Below are positions 1 through 9,250 of a stretch of DNA of 64,000 nucleotides, in pieces. A program made the position numbers and the translations under genes. The stretch's first letter is position 1. Every line of letters begins with the position of its first letter. The DNA is taken from NCBI GenBank assembly GCA_015064735.1, contig SVRP01000003.1:14248-78247 (forward strand), read 5' to 3'. The stretch comes from Oscillospiraceae bacterium. Its GTDB lineage: Bacteria; Bacillota; Clostridia; Oscillospirales; CAG-272. The notes below the pieces were generated by a model. The model was not told the DNA's origin. It made no database searches and saw only the letters and a list, made by a program, of their open reading frames with translations.

Positions 1-704
1 ACCGCCATATCGAAATCCGAGAATGAGCTTTCGCCCTCGCGCTTCTCGTCAATGATTTTTACTCTCAGCATTTTGTCCACTCTGAAATGCTTTATCTTCT
101 CGGCATCCGAATCAAATGCCACAAGATAATAGAATTCATCATCCCAGCATAGCGCCCACGGACTTATAACGTAATCATCTCCGTTTTTACGAAGTATTCT
201 TTGCTTGTGTGCATTCCACTCAAAATAATTGCATCTTATTTTTTTATTTTCGGCAATAGCAGAATGAATGGCAACTATGTTGCTGTAGATTTCCTCATTG
301 TCGGTTTTTAGTCGGTTTGCGGAATAATCCTGTTTACTTATTTTCGAGGCATCATACTTACTGCCAAGCTCTCCGATTTTTTTTATAAGCTCCCTGCTCT
401 TTTTAGGCGTGAGAAACTTGGAGGACTGAACAGCGTCGGTAAGCAAACGAAGCTCAGCAAGCTCAAATTTATGTGTGTCGAGAAAATAACGTACGTGGCT
501 GTCTCTTACGGTCTTAATATCGTATCCACAGAGTTTCAGTGCCTCAATATCGTCGTACAGGCTTTTTCTTTCGGCAGAAATTCCGTATTCTCCGAGCGCA
601 GCGGAAATATCCGAAAGTGTCAATCCATGATAACGGTCGGTACGTTCCTCAAAGATGCGGGAAAGATATATAAGCTTTAATTTTTGATTAGGCATTTTGG
701 GCAT
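1..704 (-). CDS. WYL-domain transcriptional regulator (HTH + WYL); its C-terminus runs off the left edge of the window
   Basis: Own reverse-strand translation from the ATG at 704, with GGAG 8 nt upstream. It reads MPKMPNQKLKLIYLSRIFEERTDRYHGLTLSDISAAL... (HTH-like N-terminus), then ...DYVISPWALCWDDEFYYLVAFDSDAEKIKHFRVDKM (typical WYL core). The frame stays open to position 1. The ORF is missing from the supplied track because it is truncated. Confidence 0.7.
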   Translation of the reverse strand, partial: MPKMPNQKLKLIYLSRIFEERTDRYHGLTLSDISAALGEYGISAERKSLYDDIEALKLCGYDIKTVRDSHVRYFLDTHKFELAELRLLTDAVQSSKFLTPKKSRELIKKIGELGSKYDASKISKQDYSANRLKTDNEEIYSNIVAIHSAIAENKKIRCNYFEWNAHKQRILRKNGDDYVISPWALCWDDEFYYLVAFDSDAEKIKHFRVDKMLRVKIIDEKREGESSFSDFDMA

Positions 705-766
705 ATCCGCATCTCCTTTTTCTGTACTGTATATATTCTATCACAGTACTGATGAAAAATCAAGTA

Positions 767-925
767 TCAGTGAGTAAGAATGGCATAAACAACTATGCCG
801 ATACAAAGAAGGATACCGCCGGCAACAGCCGCCATGGAAAATCCGGAAAGCTTACAATTGTCCGATACTATCTCGTTCTGTATTCCAAAACTCTCGAAGT
901 TTTCTCTTTTCATTGTTCCGTTCAT
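767..925 (-). CDS. Small hypothetical protein (52 aa) with one C-terminal hydrophobic helix
   Basis: The track ORF 767..1036 is trimmed to the internal ATG at 925, which has GGAG 6 nt upstream. The sequence is MNGTMKRENFESFGIQNEIVSDNCKLSGFSMAAVAGGILLCIGIVVYAILTH. I recognise no family, and it may be non-coding. Confidence 0.35.
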   Translation of the reverse strand: MNGTMKRENFESFGIQNEIVSDNCKLSGFSMAAVAGGILLCIGIVVYAILTH

Positions 926-1192
926 TTTATTCTCCTTTTCGGTTTTGTTTTCCTTTGTGGCTTCATTATAACACATGCATTGTGTCATAAAACGGACAAT
1001 GTTGGATATTTTTTGATATTTTTCGATTTTTTTCAAATTATTTTTTCTTATTTGGAATCGTGCTTTGCTATTTTTCTTGTTTTGGAACTTATTTTTTTAG
1101 ATTATTTTCTTTTTTTGCATACATTGTGAATACTATTTTATTGGTTATTATGCATAAATTTTTTATTTATAATTATTTTTTATTGATAACTA

Positions 1193-1221
1193 TTTACAAA
1201 GCCAAAAAAATGTGATATAAT
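1193..1221 (+). promoter_or_regulatory. Sigma-A type promoter of hpf
   Basis: TTTACA (1193-1198), a 17-nt spacer, then TATAAT (1216-1221) with an extended -10 TG at 1213-1214. An AGGAGG RBS precedes the ATG at 1272. Confidence 0.55.
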
Positions 1222-1271
1222 AAACCTGGGAACAGTATGTTCTCTAAAACACAATACCAAGGAGGCAAACT

Positions 1272-1799
1272 ATGAAGATCAACATTGTTGGAAGACAGAT
1301 GAACGTATGGGACGAAATGAAAGCGACCATAAACGAAAAGCTCAAAAAGCTTGACAAGTACTTCAGCGACGAATGCACCGCCACTGTAACCCTAAGCACA
1401 AGAAAAAACACTAAATGCCTTGAGATTACCATAATTTATTCCGGCACGATCTTCAGAAGCGAGGTTCAGGACGAAACCTTCAGAAACGCTCTTGACCATG
1501 CTGTTTACACTATTGAGCGCCAGATACGCAAAAACAAGACGCGTCTTGCAAAGAGACTCCGTAGCGGCGCATTTGATCAGGGAATAGTAGATACGGGCGA
1601 AGATTTTGAAGAAGAGGCTGAATTTACCATTCGCCGCAAGAGCTTCCCCATCAAACCCATGTCCACCGAAGAAGCAATTATGCAAATGAATCTGCTTGAC
1701 CATGAGTTCTTCGTTTTCAAGGATGATAAAACCGAAAAGCTCTGCGTAGTTTACAAGCGCCACGATTCCTCTTACGGACTTATCGAAGCTGATGAATAA
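1272..1799 (+). CDS. hpf: Ribosome hibernation promoting factor, long form
   Basis: 175 aa. MKINIVGRQMNV...LKKLDKYF is the RaiA/HPF N-domain. The C-terminal dimerisation domain reads ...KPMSTEEAIMQMNLLDHEFFVFKDDKTEKLCVVYKRHDSSYGLIE. Confidence 0.9.
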   Translation: MKINIVGRQMNVWDEMKATINEKLKKLDKYFSDECTATVTLSTRKNTKCLEITIIYSGTIFRSEVQDETFRNALDHAVYTIERQIRKNKTRLAKRLRSGAFDQGIVDTGEDFEEEAEFTIRRKSFPIKPMSTEEAIMQMNLLDHEFFVFKDDKTEKLCVVYKRHDSSYGLIEADE

Positions 1800-1842
1800 A
1801 ATTTTGCTGTTGCAAATAATTCTTCAATAGCCAAAAATAACA

Positions 1843-1872
1843 AAAAGCCAAGTCATTCGACTTGGCTTTTTG
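1843..1872. terminator. Bidirectional intrinsic terminator shared by hpf and tRNA-Lys
   Basis: Stem GCCAAGTC (1847-1854), loop ATTC, stem GACTTGGC (1859-1866). An A-run lies upstream and a T-run downstream. Confidence 0.7.
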
Positions 1873-1873
1873 T

Positions 1874-1949
1874 TGGTGACCCACCGGAGACTCGAACTCC
1901 GGACCCCTTGATTAAAAGTCAAGTGCTCTACCGTCTGAGCTAGTGGGTC
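1874..1949 (-). tRNA. tRNA-Lys (anticodon UUU)
   Basis: The reverse complement folds as a cloverleaf. The acceptor stem is GACCCAC/GTGGGTC, the anticodon stem CTTGA/TCAAG has loop CTTTTAA, the T-loop is GTTCGAG, and CCA is encoded. Confidence 0.9.
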
Positions 1950-1974
1950 ATGCGCTTTTTGCGCCTACCATGAT

Positions 1975-2003
1975 ATAATACCATAAAATGTTTTTTTTGT
2001 CAA
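1975..2003 (-). promoter_or_regulatory. Promoter of tRNA-Lys
   Basis: Minus strand: TTGACA (2003-1998), a 17-nt spacer, then TATTAT (1980-1975). Confidence 0.55.
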
Positions 2004-2051
2004 GATGTTTTTTATATTATCTTTAACAAATTTTTTCGACAGATTCAAATA

Positions 2052-2585
2052 CTATTTTTGCATTTTATTTAATGCAACGCTTATATTTTTTGCAAGCACT
2101 GCAATATTTTCCGGATAAATCTCCGGAAGGTCGTGAAGCCTGCGCTCATCCTCCTCGAAATCCTGTGTTTTTATGGAATCACGCATCATTCTCATAATGA
2201 ATTTATCAAATCCCTTGTAACGTTCCGGCTTCATCTCGCCGCCGAAAAGATGAAATCCGAGAGTTGGCTCATAATTTTTGGGAAACTGTATATCAACGTA
2301 CTCTTGAAACTGTTTTGTATATCCGCAGCAGAAATAGATACCGAAAGGCATATTATCAAGAGTCTCTCGGTTATCTCTTATATACCTTCTGAGCTTTTTG
2401 TTCATTCTTCCCATTCTTATGGAGCTGCCAACAACAAGTGCGTCGCAGCTGTCGGGAGAAGGAATACTGTCATGTCTGCCGTCAACCAGCTCAACCGTAT
2501 GATGATCGCGAAGTCTGTCCGCAAGAAGCTCTGCGCAATCCTTTGTTGTTCCTCCGTAAGTGGAATATACAATCATTATTTTCAT
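2052..2585 (-). CDS. Flavodoxin-domain protein (HemG-like size)
   Basis: The track ORF is trimmed to MKIMIVYSTYGGTTKDCAELLA..., a flavodoxin-type N-terminal FMN loop, with a GGAG RBS. 177 aa. Confidence 0.7.
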   Translation of the reverse strand: MKIMIVYSTYGGTTKDCAELLADRLRDHHTVELVDGRHDSIPSPDSCDALVVGSSIRMGRMNKKLRRYIRDNRETLDNMPFGIYFCCGYTKQFQEYVDIQFPKNYEPTLGFHLFGGEMKPERYKGFDKFIMRMMRDSIKTQDFEEDERRLHDLPEIYPENIAVLAKNISVALNKMQK

Positions 2586-2611
2586 TTTCGTTACTCCGTA
2601 TACATTTTCGG

Positions 2612-2647
2612 GAGACGGTATTTTGTTAAATAACAATATACCGTCTC
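2612..2647. terminator. Strong stem-loop between polC and the flavodoxin gene; orientation ambiguous
   Basis: GAGACGGTAT-T-TTGTTA-AA-TAACAA-T-ATACCGTCTC. The T-run (ATGATTTTTTATT) follows it only on the plus strand, although both neighbouring genes are on the minus strand. Confidence 0.4.
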
Positions 2648-2658
2648 ATGATTTTTTA

Positions 2659-5600
2659 TTAAAAGAATGAAAGCTGGTCTGTCTCGCTAAGATTATCAAG
2701 CACCCCGTTTTTACGAAGTATCTCTATTACGCTCTTAGTCAGCTTTGCCCTTATTCTCAAGTCATCAACCGAGAAGAATTTTTCCTCTTTTCTCGCCTGA
2801 ATAATATTTATTGCCGCTGTTTCTCCAAGTCCCGGCAAAGCGGAGAACGGCATACGTATTGCTCCGTTTTCGGGATAAAACTCATAGGATTCGGATTTTT
2901 CGATATCTATGGGCAAGAAGCGGATTCCTCTTTCCATACATTCATTAATGAGCTGTAAGGAAGGCACAGATGCCTGCTCCTTGGGGGAGGCTTCTTTTCC
3001 GCGTTTTTCTATATCCTTAATGGTTTCCTTTACCGCCTGCTTACCGCGCATTACGATTTCAGCGTCAAAGCCTCCCGGAGCCACAGTAAACATAGCGCAA
3101 TAAAAGGCTACGGGCATATTTACCTTATACCAGCCAAGTCGTATAGCCGACATAACGTATGCAGCCGCATGGGCTTTGGGAAACATGTACTTTATCTTCT
3201 TACATGAACCTATATACCAATCGGGAACGTCATGCGCTCTCATTTCAGCCTCCCATTCGGGAGTAAGTCCCTTACCCTTTCGAACGCTTTCCATTATCTT
3301 AAAGGACATTGCGTTTTCTACTCCGTATCGGATAAGGTCGTTCATGATATTATCGCGGCATCCTATAACCTTTGAAATATCGCATATTCCCTGCTTTATT
3401 AGCTCCTCCGCATTTCCAAGCCACACGTCGGTTCCATGGGTAAGACCCGATATCTGCAAAAGGTCGGCAAAGTTCTTTGGCTTCGCTTCAACAAGAACCT
3501 GCTGTAAAAAGGGTGTGCCAAACTCGGGAAGTCCGTAAGTACCGATAGGTGCGTTTATCTGCTCGGGTGAAACGCCCAAAGGCTTTGTGGTATGGAAAAG
3601 CTCGTAAACCTCGGGAGCATTCATGGGAACGTCCATAACGCTTGTGTCGGTAAATTTTTCAAGCCACTTATACTTGGTCGGCATATCGTGTCCAAGCTCG
3701 TCAAGCTTAAGTATGGTATCGTGAAGATACGAAAACGCAAAGTGGGTGGTTACTATATCCGAATGGGGGTCGTCGGCGGGGTGCTGAACGGGTGTAAAAT
3801 CGTATACCTCATACTCTCTCGGGATAACGATTATACCTCCCGGATGCTGACCCGTGGTTCTCTTTACACCGACACAGCTCTGAACGACTCTGTCCATTTC
3901 AGCTCTGCCGAGGCTGTATCCCTTGCCTTCAAAATACTTCGCGATAAAACCGAAGGCAGTCTTATCTGCAAGAGTACCGAGTGTTCCTGCTCTGAACACG
4001 TTTTCAGCCCCGAAAAGCTCCTCGGTATATTTATGTACTCTACCCTGAACGTCTCCCGAAAAGTTAAGGTCTATATCGGGAGATTTATCTCCGTAGAATC
4101 CAAGGAAGGTTTCAAAGGGAATATCGTGTCCGTCGGCATTCATTTTTGCACCGCACTTAGGACAATTTTTATCAGGAAGGTCAAATCCCGAGCCTATACT
4201 ACCGTCGGTAAAGAATTCCGAGTATTGGCATTTCGGGCAATAATAGTGAGGCGGAAGAGGGTTAACCTCGGATATTCCCGCCATAGTAGCAACGAATGAC
4301 GAACCAACCGAGCCTCGTGAGCCTACAAGATAGCCCTGACTTTCACTGTACCAGACAAGTCTTTGAGCAATCATATAAAGCACTGCAAATCCGTTTTTGA
4401 TTATGGAGGTAAGCTCTTTATCGAGTCTCTTCTGAACTATTTCGGGGAGAGGATCTCCGTACATAGAACGCGCTCTTGTCCAGCACTTTTCCTGAAGCTC
4501 CTCCTCTGCTCCCTCCATGTTAGGTGTATATGTTCCCTTGGGTATGGGGCGCACCGACTCTATCATATCGTTTATCTTATTTGTGTTTTCAACGACCACC
4601 TCGTATGCCTTTTCGGCACCGAGATAAGAAAATTCCTCCAGCATTTCCTCTGTGGTACGGTAATAAAGATGTATATCTCTATCCGCATCGGAAAATTTAA
4701 GTCCCGCAAGAAGTATCTTTCTGTATATCTCGTCCTCATCGTTGAGAAAATGAGCGTCGCAGGTAGCGCATACGGGTTTATTGTATTTTTCTCCAAGCTC
4801 TACGATCCTGCGGTTGAGATTTCTCAGCCCCTCATCGTCTGCGACCCTCCCCTCGGCTATAAGGAAGCGGTTGTTACATATAGGCTGTATCTCAAGATAA
4901 TCATAAAAATTGACTATTTCTTCTATTTCGTTTTCGGGACGCTCGTCGAGTATCGCTCTGAAAAGCTCTCCCGCTTCACATGCCGCTCCGATTATAAGAC
5001 CCTCACGGTGCTTTTCAAGCTCGGTCTTGGGAATTCTCGGAAAACGTCTGTAATAATCAAGATAGCTCTTGGAAATAAGCTTGTAAAGATTTTTCATTCC
5101 CGCCTGATTTTTTACGAGAATTATCTGGTGATAGGTACGGAGCTGAAGCGGATCTGCCTTTTCGCTCATCTCGTTTTCAAGGTCAGAAAAATTCTTCACG
5201 TCAAGCTCCTCAAGCTGCTTGAGCATTTCGAAGAAAATCATTGCAAGCATTTTTGCATCGTCGCTTGCTCTGTGGTGGTGAAAGTCTCCAAGTCCGTAGT
5301 GTTCCGCAAGAATATTAAGCTTATGCTTTTTCATGTCGGGATTAAGGTATCTCGACAGTGCCACGGTATCAAGAGATGGGTTTTTAAACGGAATATCGAG
5401 GTTTTTAGCCGCAACTCTCAAAAATCCCATATCAAAATCTGCGTTATGAGCTATCATCAACCGATCGCCCGCAAATTCAAGAAACTCGGGAAGAACCTCG
5501 TCTATCTTTCCCGCTCCCTGTACCATACTGTCATCAATTGACGTAAGCTCGGTTATCTCTGTCGGTATCGGCATTTCAGGGTCTACGAATTTATCGTAAA

Positions 5601-7047
5601 CGTCTATTACCTTACCCCCTGCTATTTTCACGGCACCGATTTCAATTATCTTGCAGTTAGCGGCATTAAGTCCCGTGGTCTCAAGGTCAAAGACAATGAA
5701 CTCGTCGGAAAACTCTCCGTTGTAGCTTCCGTTTATAGCACTTGCCGTATCGTTTACGAAATAGGCTTCCATTCCGTAAATGACCTTCATATCGTTCTTG
5801 TCAGCGGCAATCATCGCCTCAGGAAAGCCCTGCACGTTTCCGTGGTCGGTTATGGCGACGGCAGGATGTCCCCACTTTTTGGCTGTCTTTACTGCAACGT
5901 CGGGAGGAATAAGAGCGTCCATGCTCGACATATTGGTATGTAGGTGAAGCTCAACCCTTTTCTTTTCCGCATTATCTTTTCTTGTTTCCTTGGATATAAC
6001 GGCTATATCGGTATAGCTCATGTATAGCTCATTATCTTTTCTTTCGTTCTTAAGATAACCGTGAACGGCAACTGCCATTCCCGCTTTAATCGAACTCGAA
6101 AGCTCTCCCGCATCCTCGGGCGACATAGCGTAATTCTTTACGTATATCGACGCATTTCCGTCGAATATTCCAAAGGAGATATTGAATTTATCCCCCGCTC
6201 TGTTGGCTTCTTTATTAAAATTAAAAATTTCTCCCACAAAGGTTATATTTCTGACAGCACGGTCAATTGACGCAATGGGAATAGGATTTATTTCAAATCT
6301 TACGCCTATTACGTACTGTGGGTCGCTTGCGTTAAATACCGACGGACCTATCTTGAATCTGCCGTCTCCAAGCTGTACGACTTCAATATTCTCCTCGTAT
6401 ATTGAGGGCAGTCTCGGATAAGTAGGAATTTCGACAGCCGCGTCTGCTTCTCTTTCTCCTCTTGCTCCCGCCACCGCGCTATCATATCGCTTTTCTGCGG
6501 CAAGTATCTGCTTGTCTATTACGGCAAGTCTGTCGTTTATATTATTTCGCTTTGAAGCCGCCGCAAAGTCATCATGCCTCAGCTCTACCTTAATATTTAA
6601 GGAAAACTCACTCTCTATTATCTTTTCCATTACGGCAGGGGTACTCGCAGTTTCAAGCAATCCAACACCGTATTCGTTAAAGGGTATGGTTATTGTCAGC
6701 CTACCGTCCGAAAGCTCGTATCGGTAGGATGAGAAAAATCCTCTTGCTACAACGCCCACGCGCTCTGTCTCGGCAAGAAGCTCCGGTATATATTTTTCCG
6801 AAAAAAGCTCGGACGGATAGTGAGGAAAAAGCTTGAAGCGCTGAAGCATATAGGCTACCCGTACCTCCTCCTCAAGATCGTAAAGCTCTTCCTTTGGTAT
6901 TATGTAAGGCATGTCCGCAAATACCTCAAGTATTCGCTTTTCCTTATCAAGTCTCGTTTTCCTTACGGTTCCGGATGCGAGAATGTCAATATATTCTTCC
7001 TTGGGAACGTATTTTGATAAAAGCTCCCGCAAGGTTTTCTCTGCCAT
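2659..7047 (-). CDS. polC: DNA polymerase III alpha subunit, PolC type
   Basis: 1462 aa. It has an internal DEDDh exonuclease (FIVFDLETTGL, IAHNADFDMGFL), a Zn module (YYCPKC...CPKCG), PHP and pol III alpha core segments. Confidence 0.95.
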   Translation of the reverse strand: MAEKTLRELLSKYVPKEEYIDILASGTVRKTRLDKEKRILEVFADMPYIIPKEELYDLEEEVRVAYMLQRFKLFPHYPSELFSEKYIPELLAETERVGVVARGFFSSYRYELSDGRLTITIPFNEYGVGLLETASTPAVMEKIIESEFSLNIKVELRHDDFAAASKRNNINDRLAVIDKQILAAEKRYDSAVAGARGEREADAAVEIPTYPRLPSIYEENIEVVQLGDGRFKIGPSVFNASDPQYVIGVRFEINPIPIASIDRAVRNITFVGEIFNFNKEANRAGDKFNISFGIFDGNASIYVKNYAMSPEDAGELSSSIKAGMAVAVHGYLKNERKDNELYMSYTDIAVISKETRKDNAEKKRVELHLHTNMSSMDALIPPDVAVKTAKKWGHPAVAITDHGNVQGFPEAMIAADKNDMKVIYGMEAYFVNDTASAINGSYNGEFSDEFIVFDLETTGLNAANCKIIEIGAVKIAGGKVIDVYDKFVDPEMPIPTEITELTSIDDSMVQGAGKIDEVLPEFLEFAGDRLMIAHNADFDMGFLRVAAKNLDIPFKNPSLDTVALSRYLNPDMKKHKLNILAEHYGLGDFHHHRASDDAKMLAMIFFEMLKQLEELDVKNFSDLENEMSEKADPLQLRTYHQIILVKNQAGMKNLYKLISKSYLDYYRRFPRIPKTELEKHREGLIIGAACEAGELFRAILDERPENEIEEIVNFYDYLEIQPICNNRFLIAEGRVADDEGLRNLNRRIVELGEKYNKPVCATCDAHFLNDEDEIYRKILLAGLKFSDADRDIHLYYRTTEEMLEEFSYLGAEKAYEVVVENTNKINDMIESVRPIPKGTYTPNMEGAEEELQEKCWTRARSMYGDPLPEIVQKRLDKELTSIIKNGFAVLYMIAQRLVWYSESQGYLVGSRGSVGSSFVATMAGISEVNPLPPHYYCPKCQYSEFFTDGSIGSGFDLPDKNCPKCGAKMNADGHDIPFETFLGFYGDKSPDIDLNFSGDVQGRVHKYTEELFGAENVFRAGTLGTLADKTAFGFIAKYFEGKGYSLGRAEMDRVVQSCVGVKRTTGQHPGGIIVIPREYEVYDFTPVQHPADDPHSDIVTTHFAFSYLHDTILKLDELGHDMPTKYKWLEKFTDTSVMDVPMNAPEVYELFHTTKPLGVSPEQINAPIGTYGLPEFGTPFLQQVLVEAKPKNFADLLQISGLTHGTDVWLGNAEELIKQGICDISKVIGCRDNIMNDLIRYGVENAMSFKIMESVRKGKGLTPEWEAEMRAHDVPDWYIGSCKKIKYMFPKAHAAAYVMSAIRLGWYKVNMPVAFYCAMFTVAPGGFDAEIVMRGKQAVKETIKDIEKRGKEASPKEQASVPSLQLINECMERGIRFLPIDIEKSESYEFYPENGAIRMPFSALPGLGETAAINIIQARKEEKFFSVDDLRIRAKLTKSVIEILRKNGVLDNLSETDQLSFF

Positions 7048-7066
7048 TTTTACATCCTCTCTCTGT

Positions 7067-8149
7067 TTATTTTCTGAATTTCTTTACTTCCTCTATAAGT
7101 GTACAAACAATATCCGATTCGGGTATCTTTTTTATAATTTCGCCTTTTTTGATGAGAACGGCTTCTCCCTTGCCTCCGGCGATTCCCACGTCAGCCTCAC
7201 GAGCTTCACCGGGTCCGTTAACCACACACCCCATAATGGCTACCTTTACGGGAATGTCTAGAAGTCCCTCTGACTCAGCCCTCTTTTCGAACTCTGCTAC
7301 AAGTGGGATAAGGTCGATTTTTGTTCTTCCGCAGGTAGGACAGCTCACAATATCCATACCGCTCTGTCCGCTGATATTCAAGGCTCTCATTATCTTTTTT
7401 GCGGCATGTATCTCCTCTGTGGGATCATCGGTCAAGGACACTCTTACAGTGTCTCCTATGCCTGCGCAAAGCAGAGCACCTATACCTATAGCACTCTTTA
7501 TAGAGCCCATATCCTTGCTGCCTGCCTCGGTAACACCGAGATGGAGAGGATAATCGCACCTTTGCGCCAAAAGCCTGTTAGCTTCTATCATTCCGTAAGG
7601 ATTTGACGCTTTTATGGAGATGACGGTGTTATAAAAGTCATATTTTTCAAGAAGAGCCGCATGGTACAGCGCACTTTCGCACAAAGCCTCGGGGGTTGGC
7701 GCGCCGTATTTTGCAAGTATCTCCTTTTCAAGAGAACCGCTGTTAACGCCTATTCTTATAGGTATATTTTTCCTGTTGCATGCCTCGCACACCGCTCGCA
7801 CACGCTCATCGTCTCCGATATTTCCCGGATTTATCCTTATTTTATCGACGCCGACATCGGCGCATTTAATGGCAACTCTGTAATCAAAATGAATATCGGC
7901 AACGATTGGGATACTTACCCCCTGCTCTTTAAGATAAGGTATAGTATCAGCCGCATCTGTATCCGGAACGGTTATCCTGACGATATCGCATCCAATCTTC
8001 TCAAGTGCTTTTATCTGCGCAAGAGTTCCTTCTCTATCATGGGTGTCGGTATTAGTCATCGACTGTATGGCTATGGGAGCTTTCCCTCCAATAGATATAT
8101 TTCCTATTTTTATTTCTTTTGTTTTTCTTCTTATATCGTTATATATCAT
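7067..8149 (-). CDS. ispG: 4-hydroxy-3-methylbut-2-enyl diphosphate synthase
   Basis: KIGNISIGGKAPIAIQSMTNTDT at the N-terminus. The Fe-S cysteines lie in SCPTCGR and GCVVNGPGE. Confidence 0.9.
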   Translation of the reverse strand: MIYNDIRRKTKEIKIGNISIGGKAPIAIQSMTNTDTHDREGTLAQIKALEKIGCDIVRITVPDTDAADTIPYLKEQGVSIPIVADIHFDYRVAIKCADVGVDKIRINPGNIGDDERVRAVCEACNRKNIPIRIGVNSGSLEKEILAKYGAPTPEALCESALYHAALLEKYDFYNTVISIKASNPYGMIEANRLLAQRCDYPLHLGVTEAGSKDMGSIKSAIGIGALLCAGIGDTVRVSLTDDPTEEIHAAKKIMRALNISGQSGMDIVSCPTCGRTKIDLIPLVAEFEKRAESEGLLDIPVKVAIMGCVVNGPGEAREADVGIAGGKGEAVLIKKGEIIKKIPESDIVCTLIEEVKKFRK

Positions 8150-8155
8150 AGTCTG

Positions 8156-9193
8156 TTACCTTCGTATAAGCTTGAAAATATCCTTTCCCATTACGAATAT
8201 CATAAATCCAAACAAAATTACAATACCCGCAAAGTTTATTGCCGATTCGGTCTCCTTTTTCATTGGCTTTCTTCTTATTGCCTCTATAATAAGGAACAGG
8301 AAGCGTCCTCCGTCGAGAGCAGGAAAAGGAATAAGATTAAAGACTCCGAGGTTTATAGAAAGAACGGTTACTATATACAAAAAGCTGACGAATCCCGTTT
8401 TCACCGCACTTCCTACAACCGAAGCCACGCCGACGGGTCCCGACACGGCATCAAGTCCGAATCTTCCCGTAACAAGGGATACGATAGAATCAAAGGTCAT
8501 TTTTACGGTTGATACCGACCGCCAGAAGGAGTGCTTCACAATCGAACCAAAGGTTCTCTCCTCTTGCAGAAATTTAAAATCATAATTTCCGAAGGTTACA
8601 CCCGACTCCTCAAAATGACCGAAGGAAACATCCTCTATGAGTATCTTTTCTCCGCTTCTCTCTACCTTAATGTCTATGGGCTCATAGCCCTTATTCATAA
8701 TCTCATACGCAACGTCATTTCCCGTGAACACAAGAGTACCGTCTACCGAAATAATTCGGTCGCCCTCCTGAAGCTTATCACAGGACACGGCATTATCGTC
8801 GAACTGAGCAATGGTTGTAGACGCAAGCTTACCTTGGGCAAGCACGATCACCGACATAAGCAAAAAGCCAAGCAGAAGGTTCATAAGAGGTCCTGCAAGG
8901 ACTATCAGCATTCTCTTAGGTATTGATTTATTGCAAAATGCTTCATCCGAATCCGAATCCTCGTCCTCCCCCACCATGCTTACAAATCCGCCGATAGGAA
9001 GAGCTCTCATTCCGTATTTCGTTTCATATTTTTTCGATTTCCACGAAAAAAGCTTCGGTCCCATTCCAATAGCGAATTCCTTTATTCCCACCTTGCAAAA
9101 TCTGGCGGTTATAAAATGGCCGTACTCATGTATAAATATTAAAAGTCCAAATACAAGTACCGTTGAAATGACGGTAATGAATCCACCCCACAT
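8156..9193 (-). CDS. rseP: RIP metalloprotease (M50 site-2 protease)
   Basis: HEYGHF (HExxH) sits in the first TM region. There is a PDZ-like middle section and an NLIPFPALDGG motif. Confidence 0.85.
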   Translation of the reverse strand: MWGGFITVISTVLVFGLLIFIHEYGHFITARFCKVGIKEFAIGMGPKLFSWKSKKYETKYGMRALPIGGFVSMVGEDEDSDSDEAFCNKSIPKRMLIVLAGPLMNLLLGFLLMSVIVLAQGKLASTTIAQFDDNAVSCDKLQEGDRIISVDGTLVFTGNDVAYEIMNKGYEPIDIKVERSGEKILIEDVSFGHFEESGVTFGNYDFKFLQEERTFGSIVKHSFWRSVSTVKMTFDSIVSLVTGRFGLDAVSGPVGVASVVGSAVKTGFVSFLYIVTVLSINLGVFNLIPFPALDGGRFLFLIIEAIRRKPMKKETESAINFAGIVILFGFMIFVMGKDIFKLIRR

Positions 9194-9250
9194 ATATTAT
9201 CTCCTTGATTTTCGTTACAAGAAGTCTTATCCTTTAATGTAAAATATGAT

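Noticed and set aside
1053-1068. A sigma-54-like element TGGAATCGTGCTTTGC upstream of hpf.
   Set aside because: The GG-to-GC spacing is one nucleotide too long, the -24 element is weak (TGGAAT against TGGCAC), and no enhancer-binding protein is nearby.
752-1129. A 125-aa plus-strand ORF.
   Set aside because: It lies in an AT-rich region, has Phe/Leu/Ile-rich junk-like composition and no RBS. The opposite-strand 52-aa ORF has a better start context, though it is itself uncertain.
4363-5541. Plus-strand ORFs of 392 aa (4363..5541), 235 aa (3592..4299) and 219 aa (6894..7553).
   Set aside because: They are all antisense shadows within or overlapping polC/ispG, with no motifs and no RBS.
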